Origin: a virus
Lineage: Duplodnaviria; Caudoviricetes
Virus record (IMG/VR): IMGVR_UViG_3300013120_000077
Span: 1-30,773 of that record
Length of the DNA: 30,773 nucleotides
Strand: one strand, 5' to 3'
Shown here one piece after another: positions 1-7,621 of this stretch. The position numbers and the translations under genes are program-made. The notes below the pieces were generated by a model. It made no database searches. It saw only the letters and a list, made by a program, of their open reading frames with translations, and was not told where the DNA came from. Position 1 is the stretch's first letter. Every line of letters starts with the position of its first letter.

Positions 1-84
1 GCCGGAGCCGGAGCCGTCGCCGGAGCCGTAGCCGGAGCCGTAGCCGTAGCCGTAGCCGTCGCCGGAGCCGTAGCCGTAGCCGCT
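1..84. repeat. Hexanucleotide tandem repeat gccg(ga/ta/tc)
   Basis: Directly visible: about 14 units of gccgga/gccgta/gccgtc. Confidence 0.95.
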
Positions 85-90
85 AGGCAT
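1..90 (-). CDS. Gly-X repeat protein, 3'-truncated by window edge (MPSGYGYGSGDGYGYGYGSGYGSGDGSGSG...)
   Basis: ATG at 90..88 overlaps the end of 83..385. The frame is open to position 1 and reads (GGC-TAC/TCC/GAC)n. Confidence 0.6.
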   Translation of the reverse strand, partial: MPSGYGYGSGDGYGYGYGSGYGSGDGSGSG

Positions 91-385
91 TGTGCCAGCC
101 CTCAGCCACATCAACACAGAGAATCATAGCTGATGTGTCGAACTCCATTGGCTCACATTTGTCCAACACGGCCCCGCTCGACTTAGCGCCCAACGTGAGG
201 CCACCGAAGCCACCCGATGTCCATTTACGCACATTCTCACACCGTGTCAAACAACACGCATTTTCATCCTGTGCAAACTCACCCACGAAAATCCAACCGC
301 GATGCAGAACCACTATCGAAAGATCACCTTTCGGATTACCGTCTACAATCTCCGAGATTCTTGCCAGCTTGTCCTCGCACTTCAT
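83..385 (-). CDS. Conserved phage protein (DUF6948-like, small beta fold)
   Basis: IVVLHRGWIFVG...NVRKW..GFGGL..G pattern typical of phage proteins found upstream of Gly-X repeats. AGGAG RBS present. Confidence 0.7.
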   Translation of the reverse strand: MKCEDKLARISEIVDGNPKGDLSIVVLHRGWIFVGEFAQDENACCLTRCENVRKWTSGGFGGLTLGAKSSGAVLDKCEPMEFDTSAMILCVDVAEGWHNA

Positions 386-398
386 TTGTCACTCCTTT

Positions 399-593
399 CT
401 AGTCTACCCACACGCAGGCACATCCCCCGCCGGGCGCGATCCACTGCCCTACGAGCTCACAGGTGTAGCTCTCTACCTCGACATCGCCGGACGGGTACAG
501 CACCGTCAGGTCACACTCTGTACGGTAGTCCAGCGTCTTGCTCGGCCCTGTCACTGTGAAGTAGACCAGCTCGCCAACCCTGCTCTGCCGCAC
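399..593 (-). CDS. Possible small hypothetical protein
   Basis: Fills the gap to the next gene but overlaps 511..909 by 83 bp and has no clear RBS. Confidence 0.25.
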   Translation of the reverse strand: MRQSRVGELVYFTVTGPSKTLDYRTECDLTVLYPSGDVEVESYTCELVGQWIAPGGGCACVWVD

Positions 594-909
594 CCGTCAA
601 TACATCAGCGTCGATGCCATCCACCACCTTCGCACCCCACAGCGCGTCGGCGATGATTCTCGCCGCCTGCGCCCCCACCGTCGGCTCGACGGGAAGGTCG
701 AGGATGATGATGGAGACTTCGGGGCCACTGTTGCCACGATTGAAGTCCGCGTCGCAACCATCAACAGTCTGACACGCACTGTTCCGCCTCGTCACCACCG
801 TCTCCTTCGTGAGCATGTCGAGGACGGCGGACAGGCCGTTCTGGATGACGTAACCCGGCACAGCGCGATACACGCGTTCCATCTTCTCGATCAATTCCTT
901 GCGGTTCAT
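511..909 (-). CDS. Hypothetical protein
   Basis: ATG with an upstream AAAGGGGAG RBS and a phage-like N-terminus (MNRKELIEKM). Confidence 0.6.
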   Translation of the reverse strand: MNRKELIEKMERVYRAVPGYVIQNGLSAVLDMLTKETVVTRRNSACQTVDGCDADFNRGNSGPEVSIIILDLPVEPTVGAQAARIIADALWGAKVVDGIDADVLTGAAEQGWRAGLLHSDRAEQDAGLPYRV

Positions 910-938
910 TCTGCATCTCCCCTTTCAGATCCCAGCGA

Positions 939-969
939 GGGGAGAGTGCGAGGTGTCAACACTCTCCCC
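939..969. other. Intergenic hairpin (10-bp stem)
   Basis: ggggagagtg (939-948) pairs with cactctcccc (960-969). No U-tract follows. Confidence 0.5.
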
Positions 970-992
970 GTGCGAGCAGTACCTCCCCAGGA

Positions 993-2012
993 CTACTCGC
1001 TGCCAGTTCCAGCATTGGCCTTCATCTGTTGGACCAGGCCCTCGTCTCGGTGTTCCTTGCAGTACGGCTTCTTGAGGCCCAAGGTATCAACGAGCCGCAC
1101 TTCCGCTGCCGTCAGTCCTTCTCCACATGTCGTACAGGTGATCGGCTCGGGCGGTGTCTTATCTGTTACCACTGTCGGCTCGGGATGGTCTCCCCGCCAT
1201 GCGCCCGTGCCGAACCACTCAATCCACCGATCACGCTTCTCGGTCAGCACTCGGGCGAACTCGTTGAATTGGTCGGCATCAAACTGGTGCGTGCTGGAGA
1301 GTTCACCTTTGGTGACGGCGGAAACCAACGCTTCTTCCATTGCACTGTTTGTCTGAGGATCGTCGCCACCCTTCACCGCCTTCATCACAACATCGAAAGC
1401 AGCATGGTAGGCTTTCATTGCCGCCACGCGATCCACCCCGCCCATCTGCTCGTCGAGCTCGGCCTGCTCCACTGCATCCTGCGCCGCATTGCCATCATCA
1501 TCGTCACCGAACACCAATCCGAAGAGGGGCGCAAGTCCGTACCGGCGCCCGAAACTGATAACCGCGCCCGCCGGCTGTGGTCCCATCTTGCCAGTGGAGA
1601 GACGTGGACTCGTACACATGAACTGCTCCAACTCGGGGTCAATCACGGCGGTGGTTACTTCGAGCGACGTACCATCACCTGCCGCGCCTTGGATCAGGAG
1701 TAGACCCTCAGCGTTGGCGGCGCCTTTGCAAACCCCATACACATTGTCGAGTGATGCGTAGTGGGAATCGTAGTAGGGGTTCACAGCGTCCTTCTGGACG
1801 TGCTTCATCTGCCGCTGGATTTTGAGCATCTTCGCCGCGATCTCGCCGAACCTCGTGGACACATAGATGGTGCCGATAGCGATGGTGTCGCTGTTCACGC
1901 TCACCTCGACGGGCGGAAGAAGCTCCACCGTGTCAGGCTTCACATTTGGCTTCTTCTTCGGAGTCTTCTTCCCCGCCGGCTTCTTTGTGGTCGCCTTCGT
2001 GCCCTCCGCCAT
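993..2012 (-). CDS. erf: ERF-family single-strand annealing protein with C-terminal Zn-ribbon
   Basis: KDAVNPYYDSHYASLDNV and GAVISFGRRYGLAPLFGL..DDDDGNAA are ERF motifs. The C-terminus has CTTC...CKEH. Start reassigned to ATG 2012 (GAGGGT RBS) rather than 2177. Confidence 0.88.
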   Translation of the reverse strand: MAEGTKATTKKPAGKKTPKKKPNVKPDTVELLPPVEVSVNSDTIAIGTIYVSTRFGEIAAKMLKIQRQMKHVQKDAVNPYYDSHYASLDNVYGVCKGAANAEGLLLIQGAAGDGTSLEVTTAVIDPELEQFMCTSPRLSTGKMGPQPAGAVISFGRRYGLAPLFGLVFGDDDDGNAAQDAVEQAELDEQMGGVDRVAAMKAYHAAFDVVMKAVKGGDDPQTNSAMEEALVSAVTKGELSSTHQFDADQFNEFARVLTEKRDRWIEWFGTGAWRGDHPEPTVVTDKTPPEPITCTTCGEGLTAAEVRLVDTLGLKKPYCKEHRDEGLVQQMKANAGTGSE

Positions 2013-2019
2013 CACACCC

Positions 2020-2376
2020 TCACTTTCGATGTCTAACCTTCGTGACGTACATACAGCGCGAACCCTTCTTGTCTTCCCACAGCCAGACCGCCGGCTCCAC
2101 GTGCTTACCACACCAAGCGTGGGGACGTTCAACGTGCCCCTTGCGCCAGTAGTGCCTGACTCCGATAATGTGGTCACGAGGGTCGAACTCTATCAGGTCT
2201 CCGTTCTCAAACCCGTCGAGCATCGCCCCGAGACAATCGAAGCACCGGAAGCAGCTATCACCAGCACAGGTCACACCATCCTTCTCCGAGAACTCCTCAC
2301 CACACTCCTCGCAGATGGGAGGCCCCTCGCTTGGCGGCTCTATCTGTGGCTCCACAAGCCCGTCTTCGCTACGCAT
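2020..2376 (-). CDS. Cys-rich (Zn-binding) hypothetical protein
   Basis: CEEC and CFDC pairs. Start at ATG 2376 or GTG 2403. Ends just upstream of erf. Confidence 0.6.
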   Translation of the reverse strand: MRSEDGLVEPQIEPPSEGPPICEECGEEFSEKDGVTCAGDSCFRCFDCLGAMLDGFENGDLIEFDPRDHIIGVRHYWRKGHVERPHAWCGKHVEPAVWLWEDKKGSRCMYVTKVRHRK

Positions 2377-2400
2377 ACCATACCCCCAAAGAGAAGACCC

Positions 2401-2504
2401 CACGGGGCGCTGTCTAGCCCGGACAACTCGCTATTGGAGTCGCGCAGGCGCTACTTGCCGTGGGGTATTTCTGGATTCTATATGGCGTGACAGCGCCCCA
2501 TGCC
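2401..2504 (-). ncRNA. Candidate structured leader or small RNA
   Basis: A 14-bp closing stem CAUGGGGCGCUGUC/GACAGCGCCCCGUG encloses an unpaired stretch and an inner hairpin (GCCUG..CGACUC-loop-GAGUUG..CGGGC). It begins at the predicted TSS of the 2510-2538 promoter. Confidence 0.4.
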
Positions 2505-2509
2505 TAACA

Positions 2510-2538
2510 AATCTACACGGGGTCATCTTTCCTGTCAA
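2510..2538 (-). promoter_or_regulatory. Sigma70-type promoter for the erf operon
   Basis: TTGACA (2538-2533), 17-bp spacer, TAGATT (2515-2510), at the lysis/recombination module boundary. Confidence 0.65.
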
Positions 2539-2851
2539 GCTCTTTCTTTGATCGTACCGCCTCTACGGCGAGATCGACCTGCGCCTGGCCTTGCGACATG
2601 CGCTCGAGATCGTTGTGGGAGAGGTCAACAACGTACTGCCTGACAATCGCCTCATTCGTCTCGTGTCTGAACAACTGTCGTGCGATCTCCTCTGTGGCGT
2701 ACTCGGTTAGAAGTAGGATCTTCTTCTCATCGAACAGGCACCGCCCATCAACAAGCTCGTAATCCTCAATGAGCTGTTCGTGGAGTTCGAGTGTGTAGAT
2801 CACGCCGCCGATCGGGATACGCGTCGGGAAGTGGAGGTCGGCTGTTTTCAC
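2513..2851 (-). CDS. Small zincin-like phage protein (HExxE variant)
   Basis: IPIGGVIYTL...GRC......ILL...LFRHETNEAI pattern of phage ImmA-like proteins. Start overlaps the upstream stop codon. Confidence 0.6.
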   Translation of the reverse strand: MKTADLHFPTRIPIGGVIYTLELHEQLIEDYELVDGRCLFDEKKILLLTEYATEEIARQLFRHETNEAIVRQYVVDLSHNDLERMSQGQAQVDLAVEAVRSKKELDRKDDPV

Positions 2852-3264
2852 GGCTTGTACCCCTTACGGTTCTTGCCCCACCCCTTCCAACCACCAACAC
2901 GCACGGCAGAGTACATCGCGCTTCGTTTCCACCACCCAACACCAAGCACCTGCATACCCTCAAGGAATATCTGGTCACACTGCCGGCGCGACCGCTTCTC
3001 GTAATCCTCATCCAGCTCGCCGGCGTTCTCTGCATAGTTCAGATCGTGGTTGACGGCTGCCGGTGCATACGGGCCAGATGGGCTGCCTATGAGTGGCCGT
3101 GCAATCCATGGGATGCTGGCGAAGTCGGTGATGAACCCGGCGGGGGCACTGGAGATACCGCCACCGTTCTTGTCGCTGATACGGTAGTCCTGTTTGTCGG
3201 TCAGGCACCAGAACCGCCCGTCGATATGTTGGACCCGGAGCGGTGTTAGGAACCTGCCCTTCAT
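2848..3264 (-). CDS. DUF1353 domain protein
   Basis: PAGFITDFASIP, AAVNHDLNY, CDQIFLEGM and MYSAVRVGG motifs. Located in the lysis region. Confidence 0.88.
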   Translation of the reverse strand: MKGRFLTPLRVQHIDGRFWCLTDKQDYRISDKNGGGISSAPAGFITDFASIPWIARPLIGSPSGPYAPAAVNHDLNYAENAGELDEDYEKRSRRQCDQIFLEGMQVLGVGWWKRSAMYSAVRVGGWKGWGKNRKGYKP

Positions 3265-3737
3265 GCCGGATCACCAACTCGCGCAATGATGTCGGGATGG
3301 TCGAAGAGGTCAACGAACCCCTTGATGTCGCTCGACCCCGGCCTGCCGTAGATAGGCCGCACCTTCACAAACGCATTGAACGCGATAGCGTCCGCCTCCG
3401 TCTTGACGCGGCGGCCACCACCACTTTCGCCGATAGCGAGGCTCTTTGTGATGCAGACCTCGATGTGGATCACCTTGCCGTGGCTGTTGCAGTAGAAGAC
3501 GAGTGCGCCGGCTCGGGGGGAGGGGACAGAAAACGCCTTGAACCGCTCCCACATGGTAGCCGCTGTCATGTCCACATTCGACGCAACCTTCCCCACCGAC
3601 TGCAACCCTTCCAACACCAAACCGGAGCAGTCGAACGCGGACGGATCATCACCACCCCACCTGTAGAACGTGCCGAGGTAGGACTTTATCACCCAAAGGA
3701 AAACGTCCTTGTCACTCATCAGAATCACCCTGCCCAT
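3261..3737 (-). CDS. NlpC/P60 peptidoglycan peptidase (probable endolysin)
   Basis: YLGTFYRWGG...FDCSGLV carries the catalytic Cys, and GALVFY...HIEV carries the His. Confidence 0.88.
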   Translation of the reverse strand: MGRVILMSDKDVFLWVIKSYLGTFYRWGGDDPSAFDCSGLVLEGLQSVGKVASNVDMTAATMWERFKAFSVPSPRAGALVFYCNSHGKVIHIEVCITKSLAIGESGGGRRVKTEADAIAFNAFVKVRPIYGRPGSSDIKGFVDLFDHPDIIARVGDPA

Positions 3738-3966
3738 TCAAGAGGGTTGAGAGTATCATGTCTGTAGTCTTCTCGATCCTTACGATGGCGGCGGCAGAGG
3801 ACTTGCTTTCCGCCTCGACATCTGCAACGCGCCGGGCGAGCATCCAAGTATGTGCGTCCAAGTAGGCGACCAGACTCAGCATCACTACAACCAAACCGAG
3901 CAGAAGTTCTGCCATGTTGCCGTTTACCCACCGGCTCAGACGACGTTTCGGACGTGGCTCAACCAA
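3712..3966 (-). CDS. Small membrane protein (holin-like)
   Basis: One hydrophobic helix (LLLGLVVVMLSLVAYL) plus a coiled coil, directly before the endolysin. Confidence 0.55.
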   Translation of the reverse strand: MVEPRPKRRLSRWVNGNMAELLLGLVVVMLSLVAYLDAHTWMLARRVADVEAESKSSAAAIVRIEKTTDMILSTLLNGQGDSDE

Positions 3967-3975
3967 GAAGACCTC

Positions 3976-4590
3976 CTACTTGAGTGGTAAATATGCTCCG
4001 TAGAACGCATGTGCCCATGTGTGCATCTTGACAGTGTAGCCGGGTGTGTAGGGCGCCTTGAGGTAAATCTCTATCCGCCAGACTTCGTCCATGTGCCCAC
4101 TCGTGAGAACACCCTCCGCCAAGGCGTCTATCATAAAACGCACCCGCGTCCCAGCGAAGCGGTCAGACGTGTCCATGGTGAAGTCCGCTGTTCCCACCCA
4201 GAAGGTTTCACCTGTAGCATTGTATAGCAGAGCGGCAGCGGCCTCCCAGTCATTCCCAGCGGTCAATGGGTTGAACGCTCCACTCTTGACGGCAGCAGCG
4301 AATGAAACAGCGAAGTGAGTTGCAAGGTGCGGCAACATACACTTGTGGTTTGCCAGTTCAGACCAGTAGTTCCCGCCAGGATAGCTGTGCTCGAAGTTGT
4401 CGCCGTGCGTGAAGATCATCTGTGAGTAGTTGGCGAGGATCTTCCCTTGCCCATCAGCCACCTTCCGCGCCCACTCGCACGTCGGGAGTTGTGCACCGAT
4501 GTGCATGTTGGTGGTTGCGATGTGCCCCGATACGGGTACGATGGTGTCGGGCATATCAAACCCCCGTTGGGAGAGTGGAGATGGTGACAC
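3976..4590 (-). CDS. Minor tail/virion protein
   Basis: Last gene of the tail-tip block. Start uncertain (MPDT internal start possible). Confidence 0.6.
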   Translation of the reverse strand: MSPSPLSQRGFDMPDTIVPVSGHIATTNMHIGAQLPTCEWARKVADGQGKILANYSQMIFTHGDNFEHSYPGGNYWSELANHKCMLPHLATHFAVSFAAAVKSGAFNPLTAGNDWEAAAALLYNATGETFWVGTADFTMDTSDRFAGTRVRFMIDALAEGVLTSGHMDEVWRIEIYLKAPYTPGYTVKMHTWAHAFYGAYLPLK

Positions 4591-5047
4591 GGCTGACCTT
4601 CGGATCCCCGCCGTTCAGGACTTTCGCATAGAGCTTGAGCCGGTACTCGCCTGCGGGTATGTCGGGTGAGACAGACAGATATGATTCAGGCCACTGGGTA
4701 CTGCCGCCACCATCGAGATATGTGGTCCCGATAGCAACGTCGCCCAGGGTCAGCGCCAAGTGCGCCTCTGCTCCCGACGTGACCCGCATGTAGCTGAACA
4801 ACATGGATGCGACACCGTTGTAGTAGACATACCACGCGCCCACCAAGCCCCAGTCGTCGGGGATGTTGTACTGGTACGCGCCGGCCTCAATCACCCATTT
4901 GTCTTGCAACATCTGCCAATAGAGATATGCGAGATTGTCAGTGACCTTATTGCCCCACGAACTCTGCCCTTCCCGTGAGTCGTCGGGCTTCATGTCCGCC
5001 GTGCCCCATGCGTCTGCTATGTGTGTCGCAATGAGGATGTCGCGCAT
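4556..5047 (-). CDS. Minor tail protein
   Basis: Position in the tail block; WGNKVTDNLAYL segment followed by a beta-rich domain. Confidence 0.6.
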   Translation of the reverse strand: MRDILIATHIADAWGTADMKPDDSREGQSSWGNKVTDNLAYLYWQMLQDKWVIEAGAYQYNIPDDWGLVGAWYVYYNGVASMLFSYMRVTSGAEAHLALTLGDVAIGTTYLDGGGSTQWPESYLSVSPDIPAGEYRLKLYAKVLNGGDPKVSRVTISTLPTGV

Positions 5048-5050
5048 CTG

Positions 5051-5563
5051 CTACTCCGAGTTCGCATGAATAACCATCTGGGACAACACCGCATATCCCA
5101 AGCTGCCAGACCATTTCGTTTCGACAAGGACATAGCACTTCTCTTGGGGGTTGTCGGCGGGAGCGTGGTTGATGTCTACCGAAATTGTCCCGCTTTCGCT
5201 CGACGTGTGGTAGCCCGTATTTGTGTAGTCCGTGCCATTCAAGATCACCCTCAGGCGCACCTGTAGATGGCCGTCCCAAAACGTGCCGAAGTAATGCAGT
5301 TTCACAGTCTTCCAGATGTCCATATAGCGGACGTAGATTTCGTAGCGAATCCCCCAATCTATGCTAAACGGGCAATCAATCGTATACGCCTCACCGGGTG
5401 CCGCGATGACGGTGCGATGGCGATACCAGATGTGGCCGAATGTCTCCACCAGCCGCTTCGCCCAGCCGGTACACATAGGTTCACCAGGAACCGGCTTCAT
5501 CCCCTCTAGGTGCAACCCCGCGCTTGCTACTACCACGTCGGTCGATGCCATCGCTACCACCAC
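5051..5563 (-). CDS. Minor tail protein
   Basis: Follows the hub protein; GWAKRLVET segment followed by a beta-rich domain. Confidence 0.6.
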   Translation of the reverse strand: MVVAMASTDVVVASAGLHLEGMKPVPGEPMCTGWAKRLVETFGHIWYRHRTVIAAPGEAYTIDCPFSIDWGIRYEIYVRYMDIWKTVKLHYFGTFWDGHLQVRLRVILNGTDYTNTGYHTSSESGTISVDINHAPADNPQEKCYVLVETKWSGSLGYAVLSQMVIHANSE

Positions 5564-7194
5564 CTGAACACTGAGCCGTACCTGTCTTCGTCAATGTTGT
5601 TCACCGTGCCATCACTCACACCCGCTGTGCCGTTTGACCAGCCGCACACGCTCGTGCCGGAGACGACGTTGTTGTCACCCGTGCTATTTTCCCACTCACC
5701 CCAACCTTGTTGGTCGTAGTAGGTGGTCGCATCAGCCAGGCGGATTGTGATCGACGGCTTCCCCCAGTTGTCACGTATCCCGACGCACTCCCAGAGCGTG
5801 TTGTCGTAGGACCGGAAATCGGTTTTGAGCCGCTCGATGTCAGATAGTCCAACGGTCGCCACCAAGGGCAGGCTCTCAACGGTGACGTGCTCCACACCCC
5901 TGTACTCACGCCTGAGCCTGCGGTAGCCCATGCAAGACGCATCGTCCGCATGACGCAGGTAGGAGTTCCTGATCGTGCGCGAGTGCGTACTGCCAACGCT
6001 ACCTGTCCACAGCTCCGGGACGGTAACGATAACATCCGCATCCAAGTCCGCTCCATACTTGATCTCGTATTTGTTCACAACGTCTGAGATGTCGGTACTG
6101 AACGCTAGTGGTTTCAGCGCGGCTACGTCCGATGCTATCGTGCCGTCGGGCGCGTCTGTGAGATAGCGCGGTCTGTAGGGTGAAACCCAGACATAGCCGG
6201 CACGGTTAGAAAACATGTCAATGTTCCCAGCCTCAAGAACCTTCCCAAGAACGGAAAGCAGACTCGTATTTCCGAGTTGGTCAGCCTCTATGTCAATCTC
6301 GATTTCCACGTGCGCGCACGGATCCTCGTTCCACGCGGCTGCACCAACATAGTCGAACTCCGCGCCCTCCGTCCAACCAAGATCGCAACAGGTCGCCGTG
6401 AGGAAGGTGTGAAGAAGAGACATGGGATTGCCGGTGTACCGTGAAGGCTGAGCAACACAGAAAGCCCAAGCGCTCCCACAATTCACCGGCGGTTCGGTCA
6501 GAAGGACAGAGGTTGCAGTGTTGGTTCCCGGCACGTGTGGGAAGGCCGCAACAACAGAAGGGGTCTTGTAGTATACCCTGGCGTATGCGTCCGATGGGAT
6601 ATGTACCCCCTTGAAAGCCTCCGTACCAAACCCCACTACTGACTTAGCCCTACACGGGATCACACCATCGAGATCACCTTCCATGTCGCGGTGGTAGAAG
6701 AAGGCTACGGACCCCGTGTTGTCCAGTGAAATCTCGGGGGTGAAGTAGACTTCTTTGCCCCGCACGGCTGTCACCCACACACGGGTATCCCCACTATCTG
6801 CCGTCCATGAACCAGTGAGAACCGCTCGCCACGTGTGCTGAAACCGCGCACTCCTGAGCCGTTCAAGGGAGTCACCCATGCGGATGCTTGTGATGCCGGC
6901 GTCGTACTCGTAGTGCATACAGCTCATGCGTGCGACAGCCATGTAGGACTCGCCTGTCAGTCGGCCAGTGAGCATCATGGCGCTGTCGAGTGCGGTCCCG
7001 CTGTCGTGGAGCGAGCCATAGATGTCACCGTCGGGATCAACGAAGGAGAGGTTCAACCGGCGCTGGGTGAGAGACGTGCGCCAGTGCCGGAGCTGCGCGT
7101 TGTAGTTCGGCAGTTTGTTGATCTCCCAACCAGTGGGGACGTTATTCCAGTAGAAGAGGAACTCCATCGTACCCGATGTCTGACCAAACGCCAC
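5554..7194 (-). CDS. Tail tip/baseplate hub protein
   Basis: 546 aa, second gene after the tape measure. DVVNKYEIKY and LSDIERL..VGIR patterns fit hub proteins. Confidence 0.7.
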   Translation of the reverse strand: MAFGQTSGTMEFLFYWNNVPTGWEINKLPNYNAQLRHWRTSLTQRRLNLSFVDPDGDIYGSLHDSGTALDSAMMLTGRLTGESYMAVARMSCMHYEYDAGITSIRMGDSLERLRSARFQHTWRAVLTGSWTADSGDTRVWVTAVRGKEVYFTPEISLDNTGSVAFFYHRDMEGDLDGVIPCRAKSVVGFGTEAFKGVHIPSDAYARVYYKTPSVVAAFPHVPGTNTATSVLLTEPPVNCGSAWAFCVAQPSRYTGNPMSLLHTFLTATCCDLGWTEGAEFDYVGAAAWNEDPCAHVEIEIDIEADQLGNTSLLSVLGKVLEAGNIDMFSNRAGYVWVSPYRPRYLTDAPDGTIASDVAALKPLAFSTDISDVVNKYEIKYGADLDADVIVTVPELWTGSVGSTHSRTIRNSYLRHADDASCMGYRRLRREYRGVEHVTVESLPLVATVGLSDIERLKTDFRSYDNTLWECVGIRDNWGKPSITIRLADATTYYDQQGWGEWENSTGDNNVVSGTSVCGWSNGTAGVSDGTVNNIDEDRYGSVFRWW

Positions 7195-7195
7195 G

Positions 7196-7621
7196 CTAGA
7201 CCTCCTCGAAGGTCACTGTCATGTTCCAGAGGCCGTAGTCGGAGAGCTTGACCCGCCACGGTTCGGTTAGCTTGCAGATAAACCAGGGACGAGGCATCGG
7301 GCCACCTTCCGTTGGGAAAAATCCAAAGCTCTCGTCTGCGCGCTCACTGAAGAAATGGGAACCAAACAGGTGTACCGTGTCCACGTTTATGCTCTCAAAC
7401 TTCAACATCCACCTCCGTTTGCCACCCCACCACAGAAACTTCGAGAGCGTTCCCGTCAGCCCACGCAGGTAGTTGGCCTTCTCCATGTATTCGACTTCAT
7501 AGGGATACGAGGGTGCCATTTCATACCCAACCACGAACGTGCCATTGGCCGTTCCACCCAAACCATCAAGGCGAACAAAGTGCATCTGATCCACTTGATA
7601 GTAGGACCAATCGTAAGCCAC
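7196..7621 (-). CDS. Distal tail (Dit-like) protein
   Basis: 141 aa, immediately after the tape measure. GKRRWMLKFE...WNMTVTFEEV. Confidence 0.7.
   Translation of the reverse strand: MAYDWSYYQVDQMHFVRLDGLGGTANGTFVVGYEMAPSYPYEVEYMEKANYLRGLTGTLSKFLWWGGKRRWMLKFESINVDTVHLFGSHFFSERADESFGFFPTEGGPMPRPWFICKLTEPWRVKLSDYGLWNMTVTFEEV

Noticed and set aside
1-84. Terminal repeat as a CRISPR array
   Set aside because: It is a hexamer microsatellite without spacers, explained by Gly-X coding.
2013-2177. N-terminal extension of the ERF ORF to 2177
   Set aside because: It overlaps the upstream gene, and a better ATG with RBS exists at 2012.
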